Notes under the pieces: model-generated
The model's database searches: none
What the model saw: only the letters and a program-made list of their open reading frames with translations
Told to the model about the DNA's origin: nothing
Assembly: GCA_032718475.1 (NCBI GenBank)
Contig: JAUCBJ010007922.1
Coordinates: forward strand, 1 to 52,046
DNA length: 52,046 nt
Source: Nemertoderma westbladi
Lineage: Eukaryota > Animalia > Xenacoelomorpha
Direction: 5' to 3'
Made by a program: the position numbers and the translations under genes
In this document: piece after piece, positions 1-9,243 of the stretch
Numbering within the stretch: position 1 is the stretch's first letter
How the letters are laid out: each line of letters starts with the position of its first letter

Positions 1-1
1 C

Positions 2-2188
2 CCAGTTGTCTGTCATAATTTTTTTTTTTATGATTCACATTTAATTTTACAAAAAGGGTTTGCCGGTAGTAAATATAAAAATTGGAACATTAAAACCATT
101 GCAAAAAATACTGAAAGATATATCTCACTCCGCATCGATATTCCAACGTCAGAAGCACTTAACGTGCTTGGTTATGCTATTCCAGAAAAGGACGTAAGAG
201 GGCTCCCAACCAGCAAATCAATAACTATACAGTTTATTGATTCATTCGCATTTATGGGATTTTCCCTTTCTGCTTTGGCTGGGTTTTTGACAAAAGATGT
301 GTCAGATTTAACAACCGTTATTCCGCACACCGTGAAGCAAATGAGAAAATTATATCCAAATGTTACCGACAAAATTTTACGTCGTAAGTCAGTTTTTCCT
401 TACGAATATGTCGATTCCTTAAGTAAATTGGAGGATACTAAATTACCACATCCAAAAGAGTTTTACAGCGAATTAACATTATCATCTATTAGCCCCGAAG
501 AATATACATTTGCACATCTTTCGTGGGGGCAATTTCAATGTAAGACACTTTTTGATTATTTGGAAGCTTACTTACATCTTGACGTTTTGCTGCTAGCCGA
601 TATTTTTGAAAATTTTCGTGCATATTGTACTAAACATTATTCGCTTGAGGTGTCGAACTATTACACGATGGCAGGGGTTAGTTGGGACGCGGCTTTGAGA
701 TTTTCCAAGTCACATATTCGTCTACTTGCAGACCATGAAATGTATTTAACATTCGAAAATTCCATTAGGGGTGGGGTTTCTTACACCAACCTTCATATGG
801 CAAATGCGAATATACCAGGCACAGAAACATACGACCCTAATAAACCTGAAGCTCATTTATATAATTTAGATTTCAACAGTTTATATAGCGGTTCTTTGTC
901 GGAGAAACTTCCTTATTCTGACTTTGAATGGTTGGATGTTGATAGTGTCGATATCATGAGTCTGGAAATTGACGATATATTTGGATACTTCGCAATTGTA
1001 GACCTTGAATACCCAATGTCTATTCATGATGCCACAGCTGAGCTTCCATTTGCACCGGAGCATATTAAACTCGATAGTAGGTATCTCAGCCCGCACATGA
1101 AAAGTCTTTGGCGACATTATAATGGTGATAAAATTTTCAATAGCCCAGCAAAAAAATTGATGTTAACCCAATTTGATAAGTATGAGTACGGCGTGCATCT
1201 AAAATTATTGCGCTTTTATATTCATCATGGTATGCGTTTGATTAAAGTTCATAAACTTATTAGATTTAAGCAAGGTTACATTTTTAAGGATTTTATTGAA
1301 TATAACACACACCAAAGAAAAATTGCGCGCAATGACTTTTATGATAAGTTTCACAAAGGAACAAATAACGCGCTTTTCGGGAAAAGCATGGAGAATATAC
1401 GGGACCGTGTCTCATTTCGCTTATGTAATTCAATCGAGAAATGTGACTTATTATTATCCAAGCCGAATCACGAAAATTTAATTATGTTCACTGATTCATT
1501 ATCAGGTCACGTCCTATCTAAGGCTGCGGTTTGCTTGCATAAACCTATTTTTTTAGGCCAAGCTGTGTTGGACTTGTCAAAGTTAGATTACTACACTTTT
1601 TTCTACGATAAATTAAAGCCCATGGAAGCCGAATTAAATTGTAGTATAAATTTGCTAGGTGGGGACACGGATTCTTTTTTTTTACAGTGTGTTGGTTTAT
1701 CCCAACACCAATTTTTATCTGCGTTACAATCAAAAAAAGTTTTAGACTGTTCAAATTACCCTATTACGCATCCGTTGTATACAGTAGAACAGAAAGGGAA
1801 ATATAGATATTTAAAGGATGAAGGGAAGTCTATCCCGTTTGACCAGGTTATTTTACTTAGACCAAAATGTTATAGCTTTCGTGGGGGGTCAGTTCCAAAA
1901 CGTGTCGCTAAAGGCGTAGGAAAAATGGTTATAAAAAAGAAACTCTCCCACGAATCATATTTAAAAGTATATAACGAGGTTAACGAGCATTACGAATACA
2001 GTCAAAGGTTTCAATCTAATTTACATAAAATATACACCGTTTCACAAAGAAAAAAATCGCTAACACTGTGGGAAGATAAAAGGTACTACACATCGACTAA
2101 TGAAAGTCTACCTTACGGTCATTATAAAACACATTTGGATCGTAAAGCGCCTGCCCCTAAGCTTTATATGCCGCCCATTATAGAATAG
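2..2188 (+). CDS. polB: Protein-primed family B DNA polymerase (5'-partial)
   Basis: Frame open from base 2 (PVVCHNFFFYDSHLILQKG = ExoII). ExoIII YLHLDV, motif A DFNSLYS, motif B KGTNNALFGK, motif C GGDTDS, LRPKCY, AKGV. Clearly homologous to 43940-46990. Confidence 0.96.
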   Translation, partial: PVVCHNFFFYDSHLILQKGFAGSKYKNWNIKTIAKNTERYISLRIDIPTSEALNVLGYAIPEKDVRGLPTSKSITIQFIDSFAFMGFSLSALAGFLTKDVSDLTTVIPHTVKQMRKLYPNVTDKILRRKSVFPYEYVDSLSKLEDTKLPHPKEFYSELTLSSISPEEYTFAHLSWGQFQCKTLFDYLEAYLHLDVLLLADIFENFRAYCTKHYSLEVSNYYTMAGVSWDAALRFSKSHIRLLADHEMYLTFENSIRGGVSYTNLHMANANIPGTETYDPNKPEAHLYNLDFNSLYSGSLSEKLPYSDFEWLDVDSVDIMSLEIDDIFGYFAIVDLEYPMSIHDATAELPFAPEHIKLDSRYLSPHMKSLWRHYNGDKIFNSPAKKLMLTQFDKYEYGVHLKLLRFYIHHGMRLIKVHKLIRFKQGYIFKDFIEYNTHQRKIARNDFYDKFHKGTNNALFGKSMENIRDRVSFRLCNSIEKCDLLLSKPNHENLIMFTDSLSGHVLSKAAVCLHKPIFLGQAVLDLSKLDYYTFFYDKLKPMEAELNCSINLLGGDTDSFFLQCVGLSQHQFLSALQSKKVLDCSNYPITHPLYTVEQKGKYRYLKDEGKSIPFDQVILLRPKCYSFRGGSVPKRVAKGVGKMVIKKKLSHESYLKVYNEVNEHYEYSQRFQSNLHKIYTVSQRKKSLTLWEDKRYYTSTNESLPYGHYKTHLDRKAPAPKLYMPPIIE

Positions 2189-2197
2189 TGGATTGCG

Positions 2198-2758
2198 ATG
2201 TCTTTTAGTATTGTCAACAGTAATATAAGTTTGAGGTTGGGTGATGGGTGCATATCATTCGATGTGCTGGCTAAACGAATTCGAAATGGAAAACTCATCT
2301 TAAAGCCTTACCAATATATCGCCAAAATTTGCGGATGGACGTGTCTCTTTTTCCCGAGCGGTAAGGTCACTGTACTCGGTAAATCACCTAAAATAAAAAA
2401 AATTATTAAGTATATATATAAGCATACTGATTATAAACTAACTTTTATTTCAATCAATAGCCAAACTTATATTATTAACAATCTAGACATAGACTATAGC
2501 AAATTAATGAAAACGGTTGGGTTTCATTTTTTAGATAATTATTATAATGTGGAGGTGAAATATGAGCCGGAGATATTTAATAATATTCTTGTGCAGTTTT
2601 ATCGTCGGGGTAAAACTAGTTCTAATATCATAACATTTTGCGTTTTTTACACACGAAATGTTGTGTGTATGGCAAGACCCGAGATATTTCGAGTATTTTT
2701 TCCAAAGTTTTTGAATTTTATCGGTAATTTAGATAGTCATTTAGGTAGAAATATTTAA
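2198..2758 (+). CDS. TATA-binding protein (TBP)-like protein
   Basis: 186 aa with TBP two-repeat signature: CLFFPSGKVTVLG (cf. TBP LIFxSGKxVxTG), KYEPEIF (cf. SYEPELF), FCVFYTRNVVC (second-repeat LIFxSGKIV). Positional homolog in P2. Confidence 0.75.
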   Translation: MSFSIVNSNISLRLGDGCISFDVLAKRIRNGKLILKPYQYIAKICGWTCLFFPSGKVTVLGKSPKIKKIIKYIYKHTDYKLTFISINSQTYIINNLDIDYSKLMKTVGFHFLDNYYNVEVKYEPEIFNNILVQFYRRGKTSSNIITFCVFYTRNVVCMARPEIFRVFFPKFLNFIGNLDSHLGRNI

Positions 2759-2797
2759 TTTTTTCATTTTTTGGTGTCAGTTTTAGGTTTGTCCGGT

Positions 2798-3490
2798 GGG
2801 ATCTCGTTAGGTTTTTAAATAAACGTGGATATTACCATTATTCACATTATATATATAACGTGTTTTATCGGTAGTCTTAGGTTGTCAAGGGTGCCGATTT
2901 CATTTCTGATGTCAGTTTTAAATTTACATAAATCTAGTCTATCTGTCTTCGGTTTGTCAGTCTTTCTGTCAGTCAGCCAGTCTGTCAAAACTTAAAAAAG
3001 TTTGAATTTTATTAGTAATTTGGGTAGTAATATTTAATTAGAAATTTCATAAAAATTTTTCGAAAAATTAAAATGTTCGTTTTTGAAAAATTTAAAAATT
3101 TTGAAAGTTTGCCCTTTAGGATCTCGTTTGGTTTTTAAATGCGGATATTATCATTGTTCCCTTGATATATATATATATATAATGTGTTTTATTGATGGTC
3201 TTGGGTTTTAGGGGGTGCCGATTTCATTTCCGATGTCAGTTTTTACATTTACATAAATCTAGTCTGTCTGTCTGTCGGTTTGTTAAAACTTAAAAAAGTT
3301 TGAATTTTATTAGTAATTTGGGTAGTAATATTTAATTAGAAATTTCATAAAATTTTCCGAAAAATTAAAAGTTTCATTTTTGAATAATTTCGAAATTTTG
3401 TAGGTTTGTCCTGTGGGATCTCGTTTGGTTTTTTAAACGTGGATTTGCGTTCTTAATTATTGATGTTAGGTTTTAAAGAGTGCCGGTTTC
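2798..3490. repeat. Imperfect tandem repeat, ~300-320 bp unit, ~2.3 copies
   Basis: GGATCTCGTT(A/T)GGTTTTT at ~2799, ~3119 and ~3416. The block AAAACTTAAAAAAGTTTGAATTTTATTAGTAATTTGGGTAGTAATATTTAATTAGAAATTTCATAAAA is identical at ~2987 and ~3285. Confidence 0.9.
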
Positions 3491-3617
3491 TATAATTGCT
3501 CGGTTTTATCGCGTGAAAAACCCCACCCACGCATATAATCGATACTATTTATAACGGTGGTGGTGTTTTATTACTTACTATTATTGTTCTCGTTTATATA
3601 AGTTATTAATATATGTA

Positions 3618-4079
3618 ATGAAATCACTCAAAGCTTTAATTAAACAATTTGACGGGGATTTAAAGTTCTTATCTAACGCCTCCCCCAACCGTAGAAAAAC
3701 CTTCTTACGTGTCGGCGGAACCGACGAACTTATAAGTTTTCTAATTAATATTATTCTAAATGTATTAAATGGTAACGTAAAAATTCCTGAGCAAACAATC
3801 GCGAGGTTAAAACGCCATAAAAAAACAATACGCGAGATCGCTAAAAAACCAAAAGCCAAGTATCCCATTCGAATTTATCGTAAACGATTGGTGCAAAGGG
3901 GCGGATTTATAAATCTACTAATCTCTGGTTTAATGAGTGGGCTTAACGCTTATCAGAAAATATCACCCATAATAACGGCTGTAAGAGGCAGAAAATTAGC
4001 CCAATCCCGCCGGGGGTATAGACCTACTACCTCTGGCACACGCGTCAACCGTCAAGTTTCTAGGTTTCCCATCTACTGA
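3618..4079 (+). CDS. Conserved Polinton basic protein with QxGG/F putative protease site and hydrophobic/amphipathic tail
   Basis: RKRLVQRGGFINLLISGL. Homolog in P2 (RKTLSQFGGFLPLLLPLL); shared ELI...N..LN.L.GN. Confidence 0.8.
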   Translation: MKSLKALIKQFDGDLKFLSNASPNRRKTFLRVGGTDELISFLINIILNVLNGNVKIPEQTIARLKRHKKTIREIAKKPKAKYPIRIYRKRLVQRGGFINLLISGLMSGLNAYQKISPIITAVRGRKLAQSRRGYRPTTSGTRVNRQVSRFPIY

Positions 4080-4096
4080 GTGGCTACCTATCAACA

Positions 4097-4807
4097 ATGT
4101 CCCGAGAGCCGACGATATCGCGGGAACCAATCACATCATACGACGCCTCTTTCAAGATGGGTTCGGCCATGATTATTGCGGGTCCAAGTTCTTCCGGAAA
4201 AACAGTGTTGGTATCAAAAATTGTAAAAAATAAAAATTTAGTTTTTGATATAACCCCGAAGCGTGTATTATTCTTTTATGGCGCCACCCCACCAGAATTC
4301 CCTGGTATAACACATCTATTCAAAGGTTTACCGCAAAAAATTAATTCTATTTTCCGCGAAAACGATCTAATTATTATAGACGACTTGTTAAGCGAAAGTA
4401 AGAGTGATGAGAGTTTGACAGAAAGCTTCACAAAAACCTGCCATCATACCTCCTGTTTCATTATCTATATAACACAAAATTTCTTCAGTAAAGGGGCGGA
4501 AACACGGACTAGAAGTCTAAATGCCCAATATTGTATTTTCACAAAAAATCCCCGCGACGCATGTCAAATAAGCTATATAGCGCGGCAAGTGTACCCAAAA
4601 AATAGCAATTTTATTGTTCAAGCATATAGTGACGCCACACAAAAACCATTCACACACCTTCTCTTAGACTTTCATCAAAAAACGGATGATAGTATAAGAG
4701 TTAGGGGTGATATTTTCAACCCATTAGGGCAAACTGTTTATCAACCCGCGAATATGAACTCTAACACACCTCACCAACGCCCCGAGGCCCAGTCTATACT
4801 GCAGTAG
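4097..4807 (+). CDS. A32/FtsK-HerA-family genome packaging ATPase
   Basis: Walker A GPSSSGKT, Walker B LIIIDD, ITQN, RTRSLNAQY, KNPRD. Confidence 0.95.
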   Translation: MSREPTISREPITSYDASFKMGSAMIIAGPSSSGKTVLVSKIVKNKNLVFDITPKRVLFFYGATPPEFPGITHLFKGLPQKINSIFRENDLIIIDDLLSESKSDESLTESFTKTCHHTSCFIIYITQNFFSKGAETRTRSLNAQYCIFTKNPRDACQISYIARQVYPKNSNFIVQAYSDATQKPFTHLLLDFHQKTDDSIRVRGDIFNPLGQTVYQPANMNSNTPHQRPEAQSILQ

Positions 4808-4927
4808 CGACGCCGTGCTAAAACCATTTTCACACATTTTTAGACTTTCACCGAAATTAGGTTATTATCGGTCCATGAACGTGAACTCTAGTATATAGTA
4901 TTAATATATTAATAATGATATATAACG

Positions 4928-5389
4928 ATGAAAAATAACGAGATTAGCCTCGGAAATTTTAAGAAGTTGTATCTAGTTTCTACTTTATTAACGGATACTT
5001 ATAATAATAATAATAAGAAAAGCAATAATATAATACAACCGCTAGATGGTGTGACAATTTCATCCCAGAAAGCCAAACGATTGTTGAGTTATTTGATGCG
5101 ATTCTCGCGAGACAGAGTGCGGTGGAACGATAATAATAAACTCTATATAGAAAATAAACTTATTCCCGGAGCAAATATTGATCATTTGATTGAATTGCTG
5201 ACTACAAAAAAAAATAAGAAAAACACCGAAATAATTCCAGGACAAGCAACATTTTTGGGGTTATTAAAACGATTAAGGATACCAAAACGATTAATTGGTC
5301 GCGGTTGGTTGAAACGGCAAAGGGTCCGCGTGACCCCTTCCAACACAAAACGCGCCGACGCGTGGAAACAATACGTAGGACTACAATAA
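4928..5389 (+). CDS. Conserved Polinton protein of unknown function
   Basis: N-terminal FKKLYLV shared with P2 ORF 49884. VRWNDNNKLYIENKLIPGANIDHLI resembles a motif recurrent in Maverick ORFs. Confidence 0.7.
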   Translation: MKNNEISLGNFKKLYLVSTLLTDTYNNNNKKSNNIIQPLDGVTISSQKAKRLLSYLMRFSRDRVRWNDNNKLYIENKLIPGANIDHLIELLTTKKNKKNTEIIPGQATFLGLLKRLRIPKRLIGRGWLKRQRVRVTPSNTKRADAWKQYVGLQ

Positions 5390-5440
5390 ATCGACGTGTG
5401 GAAACAAAGCGCAGGATAACATTAAAATAGTAGTAGTAGT

Positions 5441-5623
5441 ATGTTTTTTGAACGTTTCATATTAAGTATTAACTGTCATTGCAAGTGTTTTCTTCCACGA
5501 CACGACACAACCGATGGGGAGAATCGTAGAAAATCGAACAAACAAACGACTGGGAAGAATATATTACGATGTTTCAAATGCTGCCGGTTTCGCGAGCGTA
5601 ACCAAACTAGCGAAAGCCGCTAA
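5441..5623 (+). CDS. Small Cys-rich ORF overlapping integrase start
   Basis: MFFERFILSINCHCKC. Same position and similar N-terminus in P2 (MSWIKRLTVTCNLHCLC). Confidence 0.5.
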   Translation: MFFERFILSINCHCKCFLPRHDTTDGENRRKSNKQTTGKNILRCFKCCRFRERNQTSESR

Positions 5624-6599
5624 AGTTACGAGAAATCGCGCAAAAGAATGGTTGAGCTCCCAACGAACGTATTCCCTACACGCGCCGGCTAGGCGCCATT
5701 ACCCGACATCAAAAATCTTCACGAGCGGTATTGGTGATCTATACCAAGCGGATTTGTGCGATATGCAACCTTTTAGGGGTGAGAATAATGGCTACGGTTA
5801 CATACTTACTTGTATTGACTGTTTTAGTCGGAAGGCGTGGGCGTTGGGTCTAAAACGTAAAACAGGGGTCGAAATTAAAAGGGCCCTAGCCGCGATATTT
5901 AAAGATAGAAAACCTAAACGGCTAGCGGTTGATCAAGGAACTGAGTTTGTTAATAAATTGGTGAAAGATTTCTTACTGAACAATAATGTTCATTTTTATA
6001 CTTTAGTTAGCCAATTTAAAGCTAGTATCTGTGAAAGGCTGAATCGCACCCTCAAATCTCGCATGTACAGAATTTTCACGAGGAAACAGAATAGAGAATG
6101 GATGGGTATATTGCCAAAAATATTGGTTGCATATAATAATTCAATACATAGAACCATTGGTATGGCGCCAAACTCTGTCAATAAAAAGAATGAAACTGAC
6201 CTATTTTTAAAACTATATGGGAGTGTGGGTCATCCCAATAAAAGAAAACGCCGTGCGCAGCGTCGAGTTCATTTCAAGGTTGGTGATAAGGTGCGGCTGA
6301 GTTTAGCTAGAAAGCCATTTGACAAAGGTTATACACCTAATTATACTGTAGAAATTTTCAAAATCTACAGAATAAGATTGGATCGAGAGCCGTACCCTAT
6401 GTACGAAGTTGCGGACTCGAATGGGCGCGTTATAAAGGGGACATTTTATCGGCATGAAATCCAAAAGGTAATAGAACCATTTCAATTCCTACCAATTGAA
6501 AAAATAATTAAAGAAAAAGTAAATAAAAGCGGCAAAAAGCAATATTTGGTTAAATTTGTTGGTTTTGCGGCACATCGGTGGGTTGATCACGTACAATAA
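5514..6599 (+). CDS. int: Retroviral-like (rve) DDE integrase with C-terminal chromodomain-like region
   Basis: QADLCDM, CIDCFSRKAW, VDQGTEF, CERLNRTLK, YNNSIHRTIGMAP, FKVGDKVR; C-terminal IEKII...YLVKFVGF...W. Confidence 0.96.
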   Translation: MGRIVENRTNKRLGRIYYDVSNAAGFASVTKLAKAAKVTRNRAKEWLSSQRTYSLHAPARRHYPTSKIFTSGIGDLYQADLCDMQPFRGENNGYGYILTCIDCFSRKAWALGLKRKTGVEIKRALAAIFKDRKPKRLAVDQGTEFVNKLVKDFLLNNNVHFYTLVSQFKASICERLNRTLKSRMYRIFTRKQNREWMGILPKILVAYNNSIHRTIGMAPNSVNKKNETDLFLKLYGSVGHPNKRKRRAQRRVHFKVGDKVRLSLARKPFDKGYTPNYTVEIFKIYRIRLDREPYPMYEVADSNGRVIKGTFYRHEIQKVIEPFQFLPIEKIIKEKVNKSGKKQYLVKFVGFAAHRWVDHVQ

Positions 6600-6621
6600 T
6601 TAATTATATAATTATATTATT

Positions 6622-7506
6622 ATGGATTACTTACATTTAACGTTGACTTCCAACGCCAGTCTAGATAAATATCCTGATAACACTCCCAGCGATTTCACGA
6701 TTGAGTTGTCCAAACCTATCCCCGTCAGCACAGATTGGGTCGTGGGTCTAAAGGAAATACAGTATGTGTCGACCTATAGAAATATTGAACAAAGATCTGG
6801 AATTAGAATTGGTGAATATATGGTTGATGAGGATTTGGAATTTCATATAGCTCCATACAATCTTATAGAAATCGATTTTAATCTTGGTCTATATGCTTCT
6901 ATTGAGTCAATTTTAAACCATATTAGTGTTTATTTGAAAAATCCCGCAATATCCCACCACGGTTTCAAAGATGTTAAGTTTAACTACCAAAAACATACAT
7001 CAAAAATTCGTCTACATTGTGAGAAAGGCCGCTATTTCCAATTCTATGGAGATATAATAAATATTTTCGGGTTATCGAGTTTAAAAAATAATTTAATGGG
7101 CCTTGGGGCGCTTTGGGCAATACACTATAACAAAGATGATGATTTATTGAACTTAGGCTGTAAAGATACAAACAAAGCGGATGGAGTTGAATTCCCCGAA
7201 CCTTGCGATATAACGAGGGATAGACACACAATGTTTATATATACTGATATGATTGAATCTTCTCACGTAGGACATTCGATGGCGCCTCTTTTGCGGATAA
7301 TCCCTTTGAAATGGGAACCATACTCATTCATCAACCTGGAATTCAAAAACACACATTACAAACAATTAAGAAATAAAAAAGTGCTCGACACAATTAGTAT
7401 AACGCTTCGCGACCATAAAGGAAAGCATATAGTCTTTCATGGGGGTAAAACAATTTTAGTTCTAGAACTCAAAAAACAACAACGGCGACAAAAACTACAA
7501 GAATGA
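6622..7506 (+). CDS. Minor capsid (penton-like, single jelly-roll) protein 1
   Basis: LTSNASLDKYPDNTPSDFT..L, WVVGLKEI, MFIYTDMIE..VG....PLLRII, LRDHKG..I.F: typical Polinton minor capsid motifs. Confidence 0.88.
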   Translation: MDYLHLTLTSNASLDKYPDNTPSDFTIELSKPIPVSTDWVVGLKEIQYVSTYRNIEQRSGIRIGEYMVDEDLEFHIAPYNLIEIDFNLGLYASIESILNHISVYLKNPAISHHGFKDVKFNYQKHTSKIRLHCEKGRYFQFYGDIINIFGLSSLKNNLMGLGALWAIHYNKDDDLLNLGCKDTNKADGVEFPEPCDITRDRHTMFIYTDMIESSHVGHSMAPLLRIIPLKWEPYSFINLEFKNTHYKQLRNKKVLDTISITLRDHKGKHIVFHGGKTILVLELKKQQRRQKLQE

Positions 7507-8306
7507 ACAGTTATTACGTTGTACTACCCTCAAACGCAAACCCCATAGAATTCCCGCGTAATAGCGCCGCCGATTTCCAAACAAATTTGCAAATTCCTTT
7601 ACCTTTCGCTAAAGGGCAATGGTTAATAGGTTTAACCGGTATAACGTACGTATCTAGTATCAGGTATGACAATAGCGACATTTATATAAAGGCCATAAAA
7701 AATAAAAAAATGTTTACAAGAGATGTTACTCTCCCCGAAGGATCTTTCCTATCATTGGAAAGGATCATTGAGTACTTCAACAAAAGCCTTATTAAAGGCC
7801 AAATTAATATAATTGATAATACAGCACGCTCTGGTAATATAACCATACATTTTAAAGGTAAACAGTTGTCGATATTTGTCAGTAAACGTTTGGGTGGTTA
7901 CCTAGGATTAACAGAACACGAGGTTGATGGCAAAGGTTTTATGTGTGTGCAAAATGCTGCGGGGGATTATCACTTGCTAAGGATTGATTCGCGGAATAAT
8001 AAGTACGACTGCCATAAGCATCCTAATGCTGTCGAAATACTGGAACCCAACATAAATATACATATCAATTGCGTCGAACCTCAATTTGTAGACAATAGCG
8101 AATACCCTCTGTTGCGTAGCATACCCATAGAAGGGGAATATGGGCAAATTATTAGTCGTGAAGTTGAGGAAGTCTACTATAAAAAAGTTAATTCAACATC
8201 TAATTTACGTTATATACGAGTTCGATTGATTGGAGATTCCGGAAATTTGTTGCGCTTTCATTATGGAAATTCAATATTGACGCTTCATTTTATACGAATT
8301 GATTGA
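7503..8306 (+). CDS. Minor capsid (penton-like) protein 2, tandem paralog
   Basis: LPSNA..EFPRNSAADF.T.L, WLIGLTGI, CVEPQFV....PLLRSI, LTLHF; ATGA overlap with upstream paralog. Confidence 0.85.
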   Translation: MNSYYVVLPSNANPIEFPRNSAADFQTNLQIPLPFAKGQWLIGLTGITYVSSIRYDNSDIYIKAIKNKKMFTRDVTLPEGSFLSLERIIEYFNKSLIKGQINIIDNTARSGNITIHFKGKQLSIFVSKRLGGYLGLTEHEVDGKGFMCVQNAAGDYHLLRIDSRNNKYDCHKHPNAVEILEPNINIHINCVEPQFVDNSEYPLLRSIPIEGEYGQIISREVEEVYYKKVNSTSNLRYIRVRLIGDSGNLLRFHYGNSILTLHFIRID

Positions 8307-8380
8307 GATAGTCACAATTTAATCGATGTAAATTATTTATTATTTATTATTATCTGATTATCTGAAGTTATAGCGACTAT

Positions 8381-8977
8381 ATGGATAAATTTCTAAGTCG
8401 CAGCCGTGGGCGTGATTATTACCCGACGCTGGAAAACCCGGGAATAATAGTAGATTTCCAATATTATACGCATCTTCCGCAGATCGACCAACACCCCGTT
8501 GCAACCATTTATTTTAAAGAGTTTGCGGCTTATAATACTACCATCAAATCATTAGAAAACGTATGGTTTATTAATGGTCCACCTGCAAAAATTTTAAGTT
8601 TAAGCGAATACGACCGTCTCACACAACTCGCCAATATTACGCATCACATTAATTTTGACTACGGATTTATGGACCAAAGCGCATTTAAAATGTACATACA
8701 GGAATGGTTACAAGAAAAAAAACGGTTGGGGTTTCAAATATTAATACGCGGAATACCGAAATTATTTATTTTAAAAAATGAATTTAATGTGAATGGAACA
8801 CTTCTAGAAACGTACGGCATAAACGAAAAATATGTTGATTATGACACCAAATGCCTTTTTCACGATTTTTCGGCAATAACAAATTGTGCCTACCATTCTG
8901 ATAATAGTGATTTTTGTTTTAATTATTGTTCTGCGAAACTCGCGGTTGGTTATGGGAAATGGTTGTCGTCGAATTAA
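8381..8977 (+). CDS. Putative DEDD/RNase-H-fold protein with E-C-H-C zinc site (Maelstrom/arenavirus-NP-like pattern)
   Basis: IVDFQ...FKEFA, HHINFDYG, IRGIPK, C-terminal CAYH-x9-CS. The ORF is solid; the fold is inferred from motif pattern only. Confidence 0.5.
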   Translation: MDKFLSRSRGRDYYPTLENPGIIVDFQYYTHLPQIDQHPVATIYFKEFAAYNTTIKSLENVWFINGPPAKILSLSEYDRLTQLANITHHINFDYGFMDQSAFKMYIQEWLQEKKRLGFQILIRGIPKLFILKNEFNVNGTLLETYGINEKYVDYDTKCLFHDFSAITNCAYHSDNSDFCFNYCSAKLAVGYGKWLSSN

Positions 8978-9238
8978 TGTATATATAATTAATTATTGCG
9001 TTATTATATGCTACTTATATTTGTAGATTACACATATACGTATGTAGTAAAGAATTATTATTATATGTTATAATAAATACTCCAGCGAAACTCGCGGTTG
9101 GTTATGGAAAATGGTTGTCGTCGAATTAATGTATATATAATTAATTATTGTGTTATTATATGCTACTTATATTTGTAGATTACACATATACGTATGTAGT
9201 AAAGAATTATTATTATTATATGTTATAATAAATACTCA
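8933..9238. repeat. Direct tandem duplication, ~152 bp x2
   Basis: GCGAAACTCGCGGTTGGTTATGG...AATAAATACTC at 8933 and 9085, nearly identical. Duplicates the ORF 3' end and the AATAAA signal. Confidence 0.95.
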
Positions 9239-9243
9239 TAATA

